A program made the position numbers and the translations under genes. The notes beneath the pieces were generated by a model. It worked only from the letters and a program-made list of their open reading frames with translations, was not told the DNA's origin and did no database searches. DNA of 48,437 nt from Candidatus Nomurabacteria bacterium (GTDB taxonomy: Bacteria > Patescibacteriota > Minisyncoccia > Phycocordibacterales > UBA9973): assembly GCA_943356375.1 (NCBI GenBank), contig CALRET010000001.1:1-48437 (forward strand), given 5' to 3'. Below are positions 8,563 through 16,457 of the stretch, piece by piece (position 1 is the stretch's first letter; the number at the start of each line of letters is the position of its first letter).

Positions 8563-8741
8563 AATAAAAAAATCCGGGACTAAGAAAGTCATCCCGGATA
8601 ATGGTCAAAGAGGGTAATCAATCCTCTTTTCTTTGTTTGGTCAACATAAAGAACTTAACTTAAACCTAAACCCGAAAAGGAGAAGTTCTTTTAGGTCTTA
8701 GACAATCAAATGTCTTTACCTATACCGCACAAGGAGCGACC
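8563..8741 (-). ncRNA. Candidate ~180-nt small RNA (unknown family)
   Basis: Minus-strand promoter TTGACC (8776-8771), 17 nt, TATAGT (8753-8748). Minus-strand intrinsic terminator: stem 8572-8579/8592-8599 followed by U7. No ORF longer than 9 codons. Internal hairpins AAAGAACTT/AAGTTCTTT and AAAGAGG/CCTCTTT. Confidence 0.4.
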
Positions 8742-8874
8742 AAAATAACTATATACCTCAATCTAAAATCGGTCAATTTTTTGCTAACAAAGCCGGAATA
8801 TGTCTTGATGAAATCCACTTGGACTTTCCGTAGTGAACAGGTACGATAGTGTCAGACCAAATAGTTTTTTACCA

Positions 8875-9978
8875 ATGGAAAAGCTTAAAATTTATGTTGG
8901 TTGCGCACTCAAACATGCATCCCTAGAATACAAACAGAGGATCGCTTTGTTTAAAGAACAGTTACCTAAACATCTCAATTGTGAAATTCTTGAATTTGTC
9001 ACTGAGTCAGATGCGACACCAAAAGAAGTTTACAATAATGATATTGGAGGATGTGTCAAAGAATGTCACCTGATGGTTGCCGATGTTACTCATCCATCAC
9101 TTGGTTTGGGGTATGAGACAGGAACGATAGTTGAGAAATATAAAAAACCAGTTTTGTTTTTAGCTGAGACCGGTTCATTGGTTTCGAAAGTGATTCTGGG
9201 TGTGCCAAATGCTGAAATTCATGATTATGAAAGCATTGATGAAATGATTTTGGCAGTGGTTGCGTTTGTTGAAAAACACAATATTCAAGCACCGACTCGT
9301 GGAAAGCTGATCGTCATCGAAGGTATTGATGGGTCAGGAAAAACAACACAGCAAGGACTTTTGATGGAACGACTCAAGAAAGAAGGGAAACGAGTTGAGT
9401 CACTTCATTTTCCACGTCACGGAGAAAAATTCTTTGGTGTCATGGTTGATGAATATCTGATGGGTAAGTTTGGACACGCATCTGCAGTCAATCCATATCT
9501 TGCATCAGTACTCTATGCGGGTGATCGGTGGGAGGCAAAGCCACAGATTGAGCAATGGTTGAATGATGGGGTGTATGTGGTTCTTGATCGCTACGATACT
9601 TCGAACAAAGGCCATCAAGTTGGAAAGTTAAAAACCGAGGAAGAAAAGCTTCAGTGTTTGAGATGGCTTGATGAATTGGAATACAAAACATTTAAAATTC
9701 CGGTTCCTGACAAGGTGTTATACCTTGATCTTCCACTTGAGAAGAATCTTGAACTCATTGCAAAGAGAGGAAGCAAGGGTAAGGAGTACAGCAAAGGAGG
9801 TGCTGACCAACATGAAAACAGAGAGCATTTATCAAACGCTCAGGCAGCGTATCGATTTGTCGTGAACCAGTATTCATACTGGCAGAAGATCTATTGCGCT
9901 CCGACCGGAGAACTTCGCACAGTTGAAGATATCCACGAGGAAATCTATGCAGCAGTTGCTGAAAAGGTATATGCCTAA
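8875..9978 (+). CDS. tmk: Fusion protein: nucleoside 2-deoxyribosyltransferase/DNPH1-like domain + dTMP kinase
   Basis: The N-terminal half (KIYVGCAL...MVADVTHPSLGLGYETGT...KKPVLFL) matches the deoxyribosyltransferase-like fold with a conserved Glu. The C-terminal half has LIVIEGIDGSGKTTQ (P-loop), FPRHG and DRY, as in thymidylate kinase. ATG at 8875 preferred over GTG at 8833. Confidence 0.65.
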   Translation: MEKLKIYVGCALKHASLEYKQRIALFKEQLPKHLNCEILEFVTESDATPKEVYNNDIGGCVKECHLMVADVTHPSLGLGYETGTIVEKYKKPVLFLAETGSLVSKVILGVPNAEIHDYESIDEMILAVVAFVEKHNIQAPTRGKLIVIEGIDGSGKTTQQGLLMERLKKEGKRVESLHFPRHGEKFFGVMVDEYLMGKFGHASAVNPYLASVLYAGDRWEAKPQIEQWLNDGVYVVLDRYDTSNKGHQVGKLKTEEEKLQCLRWLDELEYKTFKIPVPDKVLYLDLPLEKNLELIAKRGSKGKEYSKGGADQHENREHLSNAQAAYRFVVNQYSYWQKIYCAPTGELRTVEDIHEEIYAAVAEKVYA

Positions 9979-9981
9979 AAC

Positions 9982-10007
9982 AAAACCCGCACATGTGCGG
10001 GTTTTTT
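9982..10007. terminator. Bidirectional intrinsic terminator
   Basis: AAAACCCGCACATGTGCGGGTTTTTT lies between convergent genes. Confidence 0.7.
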
Positions 10008-10010
10008 AAT

Positions 10011-10463
10011 TTATAGAGGTAAACGATTGAAACGAGAAATTGCTTTTTGTTTTAGTTCCTCTTGTTCTTTAAGTTTTTTTACCTCGGTATCTTTTTCTGC
10101 TTCTCCTAAACCAAGAGTCCAGAAGAATATAGTTAAAACACATGAAGCAAAAAATATTTCAATAACGATGTTTTGTGAAAAAACAGTAGTTAATTCTTTC
10201 CCAAAATAACCGAGAATAAAATCTATTAACAGAAAGATATACATAATAATTCTGTATTTTTTAGATACAACAGTGTCTGCGGTATAAAGAGCCGATCCTG
10301 GTTGTTGTGCCTCAGTTTTAGTGACACCTTCTTCTTCAACAGGTATTTCTCCTTCTCCGAAGCAGGTAGGGCAGGTGTATTGAGAAGTAATGATTGAAGA
10401 ATGATTACCTCTTTTGTATTTTTTACCTTCACCGTGACAGCTGGGGCAAATCTTTGTTTTCAT
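10011..10463 (-). CDS. Membrane protein with DnaJ-type CxxCxGxG zinc-finger pair
   Basis: CPSCHGEG and CPTCFGEG near the N-terminus. Two hydrophobic segments. Coiled C-terminus. Confidence 0.5.
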   Translation of the reverse strand: MKTKICPSCHGEGKKYKRGNHSSIITSQYTCPTCFGEGEIPVEEEGVTKTEAQQPGSALYTADTVVSKKYRIIMYIFLLIDFILGYFGKELTTVFSQNIVIEIFFASCVLTIFFWTLGLGEAEKDTEVKKLKEQEELKQKAISRFNRLPL

Positions 10464-10530
10464 GTTGTGTAAGAATATTCTGTGTGGAATTTAACATATA
10501 AAAATAACATCGTCAATATCTATATTAGTA

Positions 10531-10554
10531 ATATAAAAACCCGCTCAAGCGGGT
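10531..10554 (-). terminator. Intrinsic terminator
   Basis: ACCCGC TCAA GCGGGT. On the minus strand it is followed by TTTTATATT. Confidence 0.55.
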
Positions 10555-10577
10555 CTGATGAAATTTTAAATCCGTAC

Positions 10578-10766
10578 TCATCCTCCAAAGACCATAGTTC
10601 TGGGTGGTTTTCCGCATTTACTGCATGCGTAATTTATTGAACCTTTTTTGAGACTGATAGGGGTATATTTTTTGCAGGTGCAATATCCTGGACCGGTGGG
10701 TCTTTCGGTTCGAATTTTGTTTTTCTTTCTAATAAGTCTTTGCGCAAGCCAGGTTAGTAAACTCAT
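10578..10766 (-). CDS. Small basic Cys-rich (zinc-ribbon-like) protein
   Basis: 62 aa from MSLLTW. CTC...C..C arrangement (YCTCKK...YACSKCGK). Has its own terminator. Confidence 0.35.
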   Translation of the reverse strand: MSLLTWLAQRLIRKKNKIRTERPTGPGYCTCKKYTPISLKKGSINYACSKCGKPPRTMVFGG

Positions 10767-10825
10767 TATAATAGGGTATCTCTGTTCGCAGTATAGCGAT
10801 ATATTGAATTTTAGCAAGCAGTGGG

Positions 10826-10875
10826 GTATACCCTAGCACTTACTTCTTTGCAAAGAAGTAAGTGCTAGGGTATAC
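10826..10875. repeat. 50-nt perfect palindrome
   Basis: GTATACCCTAGCACTTACTTCTTTG / CAAAGAAGTAAGTGCTAGGGTATAC. The arms contain the CTAGCAC and CTAGGGT units also seen in the heptamer arrays. Confidence 0.8.
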
Positions 10876-10876
10876 T

Positions 10877-11040
10877 CGAAGTATAGACGGTGAAGGAGCT
10901 ATCACTCTGGAGTCTTGGGAAGAAATCCTTGCAAAAGGGGAATAGAACCCACTAATTAAGAAGCAACTAAGGTGGTACCACGAGTAGAAACTCGTCCTTG
11001 GATTATGATTATTCATAGTTCGTGGACGAGTTTTTTATTT
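10877..11040 (+). promoter_or_regulatory. T-box leader (tRNA-sensing) with antiterminator/terminator switch upstream of ileS
   Basis: T-box sequence AACTAAGGTGGTACCACGAG at 10965-10984. CCACGA (10978-83) can pair with TCGTGG (11020-25) to form the antiterminator. The competing terminator is AAACTCGTCC (10988-97) / GGACGAGTTT (11024-33) plus a T-run. Ile codons ATC at 10901 (followed by A) and 10925. Confidence 0.7.
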
Positions 11041-11057
11041 TTAATTAATCTAAAACA

Positions 11058-14000
11058 ATGGAAGAAAACAATCAAAACAAATCAACCGTAGCTCTCGAAC
11101 CTAAACACACCAAGTCTAGTGCATCGGTCAGGGAGGAAGCAGTTTTGCAATTCTGGAAAGAAAATAATGTATTTGAAAAAACATTAGAAAAAGAATCTCC
11201 AAAAGGTGATTTCGTTTTCTATGATGGTCCACCAACAGCAAACGGAAAGCCGGGAATTCACCATCTCGAACCGCGCGCATTCAAGGATGCGATTCCTCGC
11301 TATAAAACAATGCAGGGATTTCATGTGCGCCGTAAAGGGGGATGGGATACACATGGATTGCCAGTGGAACTTCAAGTGGAAAAAGCGCTCGGACTCAAAT
11401 CAAAAAAAGAAATTGAACAATACGGTATTGAGAAATTTAATGCCGAATGTCGAAAAAGTGTCTGGACTTATATTGACGAATGGGAGAGATTTACCGATCG
11501 CATGGGGTATTGGATCGATCATGAGAATCCATATCGAACGTATGACAATTCATATATTCAATCGCTCTGGAATGTCGTCAAAAAAATAGACGATCAAAAC
11601 TTGCTATATAAAGATTACAAAGTTGTCCCATATTGTCCACGCTGTGGAACCGCTCTTTCTTCTCACGAACTTGCACAAGGATATCAAGATGATACAGATC
11701 TTTCAGTTACAGCAAAATTTAAAATCGTTGGTGTTGAAAATGGATATTTTTTAGCTTGGACAACAACACCATGGACACTTCCAGGTAATGTTGGATTGGC
11801 TGTAGGTAGTGATATTACGTATGTTGAAGCAAAAGTTGGTAATCAAATTTTAGTACTTGCAAAAGACCGCCTTTCAATAATTACTGAACCTTACGAAGTT
11901 GTTGCGGAACATAAGGGTTCAGAAATGGTTGGCATGCAATACGAACCACTGTATCCATATCTTGCAGAGCTTGATAAAGGAGATGAGAAATTAAATAACG
12001 CATACAAGGTGTACGCGGCAGATTTTGTGACCACAACTGATGGTACTGGAATTGTTCACACTGCTGTTATGTATGGACAAGAAGACTTTGAACTCGGAAC
12101 AAAAGTTGGATTACCAAAATTCCACCTCGTAAATCCAGACGGAACATTCATTACTGGCACTGGTATCTTTGAAGGAAGATTTGTAAAAGACGAAGCAGTT
12201 GCAGTGGACGTCATCAAAGACCTTGCACACAGAGGATTACTATTCAAAAAAGAAAAATATACGCACAGTTATCCGCATTGCTGGCGCTGTTCGACTCCGC
12301 TCATCTATTACGCACGTGATTCATGGTATATCGGCATGTCAAAACTCCGCGATAAACTTGTTGCAGAAAACGAAGGTATTAATTGGGAACCATCTCATGT
12401 AAAAGAGGGTCGCTTTGGCGAATGGATTCGCGAAGTGAAAGATTGGGCGATTTCCCGTGAACGATATTGGGGAACGCCACTTCCTATTTGGGTTGCGGAA
12501 GACGGAGAAAAATTTGTCGTTGATTCGTTTGAAACATTGAAGAAATATACCAAGAAATCAGGAAACAAATATGTTGTCATGCGACATGGTGAATCGACTC
12601 ACAATGTGGATTGGTTATGTAGTTCTGTTGCGGGTTATCCTCATCATCTTACTGATAGTGGTAAGGCAACAGTTCTAGAGACGGCACAAGAATTTAAAAG
12701 TAAAAATATTACAGCAATATACTGTTCTCCCTTTCTCCGTACAAAAGAAACAGCAGAGATTGTCGCTGATGCGATCGGCTTCGACAAGTCAAAAATAATC
12801 TATGATGATCGGATTGCTGAATTTAAATTCGGTGATTTTCATCTGAAACCATTTCCAGAATATATAGCATGGAGAAAAGAAACAGGAGACTCTATTGATT
12901 TACAAGCACCAAATGGAGAGAGTATCTCAGATGCGCGTCATCGTTTTGCATCATTCTTTTATGATATTGATCAGCAACATAAGAATGAAACTGTTTTAGT
13001 TGTTACTCATGGCATCGGACTTGAAACACTTCCGGCCGTTGAGTGTGGATATGATAAAAAACAGATGTGGGAGAAGTGGCACATGAATCTGGTTGCTCCA
13101 GGAAAATTTCAAGATTTCAATTTTATTCCATTACCACACAATGAGATCTATGAACTTGATGTACATCGACCATTTATAGATAAGATTGTCCTTGAGAAAA
13201 ACGGTAAGCAATTTACGCGTGTTAAAGAAGTCATGGATGTCTGGTTTGATTCTGGTGCGATGCCGTTTGCACAGGATGGGTATCCGTTTCTCACTGACAA
13301 GATGTATTATCCAGCAGACTTCATTGCCGAAGGGCTCGACCAAACACGCGGTTGGTTCTATACACTCCATGCTGTGGGTGCACTCATGGGTACAGGGAAG
13401 GCATATAAAAATGTAATCTGCCTTGGGCTTATTCTTGATAAAGATGGTAAGAAAATGTCGAAATCAAAAGGAAATGTCGTTGATCCGTGGATGATGATGG
13501 ATAAATATGGCGCCGACACTCTCCGCTTGTGGATGTATGCGGTGAACCAGCCAGGGGATTCAAAAAACTTCGACGAGAAAACTGTTGCAGAACTTCATAA
13601 CAAAGTATTTAACCTGCTCTATAACGTACTCGCATTCTACGAGCTGTATCGTGATAGAGAACTTGAACGTGATATTGATGCTGATCCTGCAACTTCCACT
13701 AATCCTCTGGATCAATGGATATTTGTTCGACTGGCAGAATTGACAGAAACTATGACGGCAAATCTAGAAAGTTATAAATTGCTTGAACCGGTTCGTGCGA
13801 TGCGTGAATTCATCGACGATCTTTCGACGTGGTATGTTCGCCGATCACGTGATCGATTAAAAGAAGGATCTCTCGTTTCTAAAAAAACTTTGTACGTAGT
13901 CTTAAAAACTGTTGCAAAGTTACTTGCACCATTCGCACCTTTTGCTGCAGAGGATATTTGGCAACGACTCCGTCAGTCATCAGATGAACTTTCAGTTCAC

Positions 14001-14528
14001 CTCGTATCTTGGCCGGAGTCGCAGGTTCTAGTTTCTAGTGGCGAGGTTCTAGAAAAAATGCGAATTGTACGAGAAATTGTATCTTTAGGATTAGAAGCAA
14101 GACAGAAAGCGGGAATTAAAGTTAAACAACCACTTAGTAAATTAAAAGTTAAAAATGAAGAGTTAAAAAGCGAATACCTAGAACTTATAAAAGAAGAATT
14201 GAATATAAAAGAAGTTGTTTTTGGTGATGAATTTGAACTCAATACTGAAATAACTGAAGAATTAAAGAAAGAAGGGCAGATAAGAGAACTTATTAGAGGC
14301 TTTCAAGATGAACGTAAACGATTAGGCCTAAACCCAGCTGATGTGATTAATCTCTTGGTTGAAACTGATAATAAGGGAAATGAAATTATAGAATTATTTA
14401 AAGACGAAATTAAAAAAATAGTAAATATTAGGGAACTTTCATTGCAAAAAAATGAAGGGGATATAATTTCCATTGATGATATGAATTTCAAGTTTTCTAT
14501 AAAAATGCTCTATACTAAAGAGGTATGA
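11058..14528 (+). CDS. ileS: Isoleucine--tRNA ligase with an inserted histidine-phosphatase domain
   Basis: HIGH-type motif (GKPGIHHLEP), WGTPLPIW, DVWFDSGAMPF, DQTRGWFYT and KMSKSKGN. 1156 aa. Residues ~505-700 form an extra RHG...SPFLRTKET...VTHG domain. Confidence 0.9.
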   Translation: MEENNQNKSTVALEPKHTKSSASVREEAVLQFWKENNVFEKTLEKESPKGDFVFYDGPPTANGKPGIHHLEPRAFKDAIPRYKTMQGFHVRRKGGWDTHGLPVELQVEKALGLKSKKEIEQYGIEKFNAECRKSVWTYIDEWERFTDRMGYWIDHENPYRTYDNSYIQSLWNVVKKIDDQNLLYKDYKVVPYCPRCGTALSSHELAQGYQDDTDLSVTAKFKIVGVENGYFLAWTTTPWTLPGNVGLAVGSDITYVEAKVGNQILVLAKDRLSIITEPYEVVAEHKGSEMVGMQYEPLYPYLAELDKGDEKLNNAYKVYAADFVTTTDGTGIVHTAVMYGQEDFELGTKVGLPKFHLVNPDGTFITGTGIFEGRFVKDEAVAVDVIKDLAHRGLLFKKEKYTHSYPHCWRCSTPLIYYARDSWYIGMSKLRDKLVAENEGINWEPSHVKEGRFGEWIREVKDWAISRERYWGTPLPIWVAEDGEKFVVDSFETLKKYTKKSGNKYVVMRHGESTHNVDWLCSSVAGYPHHLTDSGKATVLETAQEFKSKNITAIYCSPFLRTKETAEIVADAIGFDKSKIIYDDRIAEFKFGDFHLKPFPEYIAWRKETGDSIDLQAPNGESISDARHRFASFFYDIDQQHKNETVLVVTHGIGLETLPAVECGYDKKQMWEKWHMNLVAPGKFQDFNFIPLPHNEIYELDVHRPFIDKIVLEKNGKQFTRVKEVMDVWFDSGAMPFAQDGYPFLTDKMYYPADFIAEGLDQTRGWFYTLHAVGALMGTGKAYKNVICLGLILDKDGKKMSKSKGNVVDPWMMMDKYGADTLRLWMYAVNQPGDSKNFDEKTVAELHNKVFNLLYNVLAFYELYRDRELERDIDADPATSTNPLDQWIFVRLAELTETMTANLESYKLLEPVRAMREFIDDLSTWYVRRSRDRLKEGSLVSKKTLYVVLKTVAKLLAPFAPFAAEDIWQRLRQSSDELSVHLVSWPESQVLVSSGEVLEKMRIVREIVSLGLEARQKAGIKVKQPLSKLKVKNEELKSEYLELIKEELNIKEVVFGDEFELNTEITEELKKEGQIRELIRGFQDERKRLGLNPADVINLLVETDNKGNEIIELFKDEIKKIVNIRELSLQKNEGDIISIDDMNFKFSIKMLYTKEV
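12570..13026 (+). other. Histidine phosphatase (phosphoglycerate-mutase-like) domain embedded in IleRS
   Basis: YVVMRHGESTHN (RHG motif), CSPFLRTKETAE, AEFKFGDF, NGESISDARHR and LVVTHGIGLE. All canonical catalytic positions of the His_Phos_1 fold are readable. Confidence 0.75.
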
Positions 14529-15268
14529 AATTAGTCACACTTAACACATGGGGAGGGAAGATAAAAGAACCGCTTATTAAATTTATTCAGAATAAATCAA
14601 AAGAAATAGATATCTTCTGTTTTCAAGAGGTGTATTCTGATGCAAAAGGGAAGATTAGTGAAGTTGATTTTCCAGGAAGAGTGTTAGATCTTTTTCAAAA
14701 TGTTCAATCAGTATTAACTACACATACTGGTTTCTTTAAACCAAACACCTTTGACCATTACGGAGTTGCTGTTTTTATACAAAGAGATATTAAAATTCTT
14801 GAAGAGGGTGATATTTTTATTTACAAAAAAAGTGCAGAAGATTATGTTGATGAAGACGGTTCTAATCATCCACGTAATCTACAGTATGTTCTTCTGGAAA
14901 AGGAGAGTAAAAAGTTTGTTGTGGTAAATGTGCATGGACTTTGGACTGGTACCGGAAAGAAAGATACAGTAGAAAGAATTGAACAGTCAAATAAAATAAA
15001 AGAGTTCTTATCTCGATTTGATTGCCCAATTATTCTTGCTGGTGATTTCAATCTTGAACCAGAGACTGAAAGTGTCAGGATTCTCGAAAGTGGTATGAAG
15101 AATCTTATTAAGGAATATAATATTAAAAATACACGAACTTCGCATTATACAAAAGAAGGACGTTTTGCTGATTATATATTCACGAAAGATATGCACGTTA
15201 CTGATTTTAAGGTATTACCAGATGAAGTATCTGATCATGCACCGCTCTATTTAGATTTTGATATATGA
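14525..15268 (+). CDS. Endonuclease/exonuclease/phosphatase (EEP) family protein
   Basis: LVTLNTWGG, FCFQEV, VVNVHG, LAGDFN and SDHAPL motifs. ATGA overlap with the ileS stop. Confidence 0.7.
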   Translation: MKLVTLNTWGGKIKEPLIKFIQNKSKEIDIFCFQEVYSDAKGKISEVDFPGRVLDLFQNVQSVLTTHTGFFKPNTFDHYGVAVFIQRDIKILEEGDIFIYKKSAEDYVDEDGSNHPRNLQYVLLEKESKKFVVVNVHGLWTGTGKKDTVERIEQSNKIKEFLSRFDCPIILAGDFNLEPETESVRILESGMKNLIKEYNIKNTRTSHYTKEGRFADYIFTKDMHVTDFKVLPDEVSDHAPLYLDFDI

Positions 15269-15807
15269 AAACACTGATTATAGATAATGGTTCAAAATGG
15301 ATTACCCAGCTCTGCGAATTGATTGTTGATGAAAAAGTTATTATTGGTATGAAGGATATTTCTTCTGTTGATACTGAATCATTTGATTTAATAGTTCTGT
15401 CCGGATCCCGTAACGGACCATCTGTCCTCACTAATGATCTTTTGGGTGAGGAGTTCGATCTGGTTAAGAAATCCCAAATTCCAATTATTGGCGTGTGCTA
15501 TGGAGCGGAGGTTATCGTCTATAGTTATGGTGGACTACTCGAACGAATGGATGGAGATCACAGAGGGGTAACGACTCTTCATCTCATAGAAGGAAAAGAT
15601 GTAAAAGTATACGAAGCTCATCATTTCAGAATCAAAAAACTTCCGGAAGATTTTATTGTATTAGGGAGAACAGAGCATGCAATTGAATTCTTCAAGCATG
15701 TACATAAACCAATTTACGGACTTCAGTTTCATCCGGAAGCTTTTGTGGATAGTACGGAAGGGAAGGAAATCCTTATGGGAATTATTAGTGATATAATGAA
15801 AAAGTGA
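15265..15807 (+). CDS. Class I glutamine amidotransferase (GuaA-N-like, stand-alone)
   Basis: IIGVCYGAEV (nucleophile Cys) and GLQFHPE (His-Glu). ATGA overlap with the upstream gene. Confidence 0.65.
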   Translation: MKTLIIDNGSKWITQLCELIVDEKVIIGMKDISSVDTESFDLIVLSGSRNGPSVLTNDLLGEEFDLVKKSQIPIIGVCYGAEVIVYSYGGLLERMDGDHRGVTTLHLIEGKDVKVYEAHHFRIKKLPEDFIVLGRTEHAIEFFKHVHKPIYGLQFHPEAFVDSTEGKEILMGIISDIMKK

Positions 15808-16427
15808 AAAAAGTAATTATTGTACATGGCTGGGGATTTACACCAGAAGATAATTGGTATCCATGGTTAAAAGGTGAACTTATCGAGCGAGGTTTTGACG
15901 TAGTCGTTCCGGAAATGTCAGAAACATTGGTACCACATATTACTGTGTGGGTGGATAATCTCAGGGAAGCAGTCGAAAATTCTTCGGAAGATATGATACT
16001 TATTGGGCACAGTATTGGATGTCAGACCATTATTCGCTATCTCGCAGAGACAGATAGACTAAACCATTTTGATAAAAATGGTCGTCCGATCAGCAAAGCT
16101 GATTTAGGAAAAGTTATTTTAGTTGCTGGATGGTTTCAGTTGGACAGGGGAGTTATTGATGAGGAAATTAAAAAATATGGACAGATAGTTAGAGAGGTGG
16201 CAGATGAATGGGAGCAGACGCCAATTGATTTTGAAAAAGCGAAAAGTAATTGCGCAGATATTTCAGTGTTACTTTCTTCAAATGAACCATATGGTTGTGT
16301 TTCAGAGAACAAGAAAGTATTTGAAGAAAAACTCGGGGCAACTGTTACAGTTCTTGAAAACAGCGGACATTTCACTACTGATGATGGTATAACTGAAATT
16401 CCTGAAATTTTGGAATATATAAAATAA
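15804..16427 (+). CDS. Alpha/beta serine hydrolase (YdeN/RBBP9-like)
   Basis: VIIVHGWGFTPEDNWYPWL and the nucleophile elbow LIGHSIGC. GTGA overlap with the upstream gene. Confidence 0.6.
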   Translation: MKKVIIVHGWGFTPEDNWYPWLKGELIERGFDVVVPEMSETLVPHITVWVDNLREAVENSSEDMILIGHSIGCQTIIRYLAETDRLNHFDKNGRPISKADLGKVILVAGWFQLDRGVIDEEIKKYGQIVREVADEWEQTPIDFEKAKSNCADISVLLSSNEPYGCVSENKKVFEEKLGATVTVLENSGHFTTDDGITEIPEILEYIK

Positions 16428-16428
16428 A

Positions 16429-16457
16429 ACAGCCGCGTGGTGCGGCTGTGTTTTGTT
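16429..16457 (+). terminator. Intrinsic terminator
   Basis: ACAGCCGC GTGGT GCGGCTGT followed by GTTTTGTTT. Confidence 0.65.

Noticed and set aside
8522-8874. Known housekeeping RNAs (tmRNA, RNase P RNA, SRP RNA) in the two large ORF-free gaps (also 31597-31979 and 42904-43579)
   Set aside because: I looked for hallmark strings and did not find them. The strings were the tRNA-like GGTTCGA/TCCACCA end and tag ORF for tmRNA, GAGGAAAGTCC and ACAGAA..GGCTTA for RNase P, and GGAAGCAGCC-type domain IV for SRP. 6S RNA cannot be excluded by eye.
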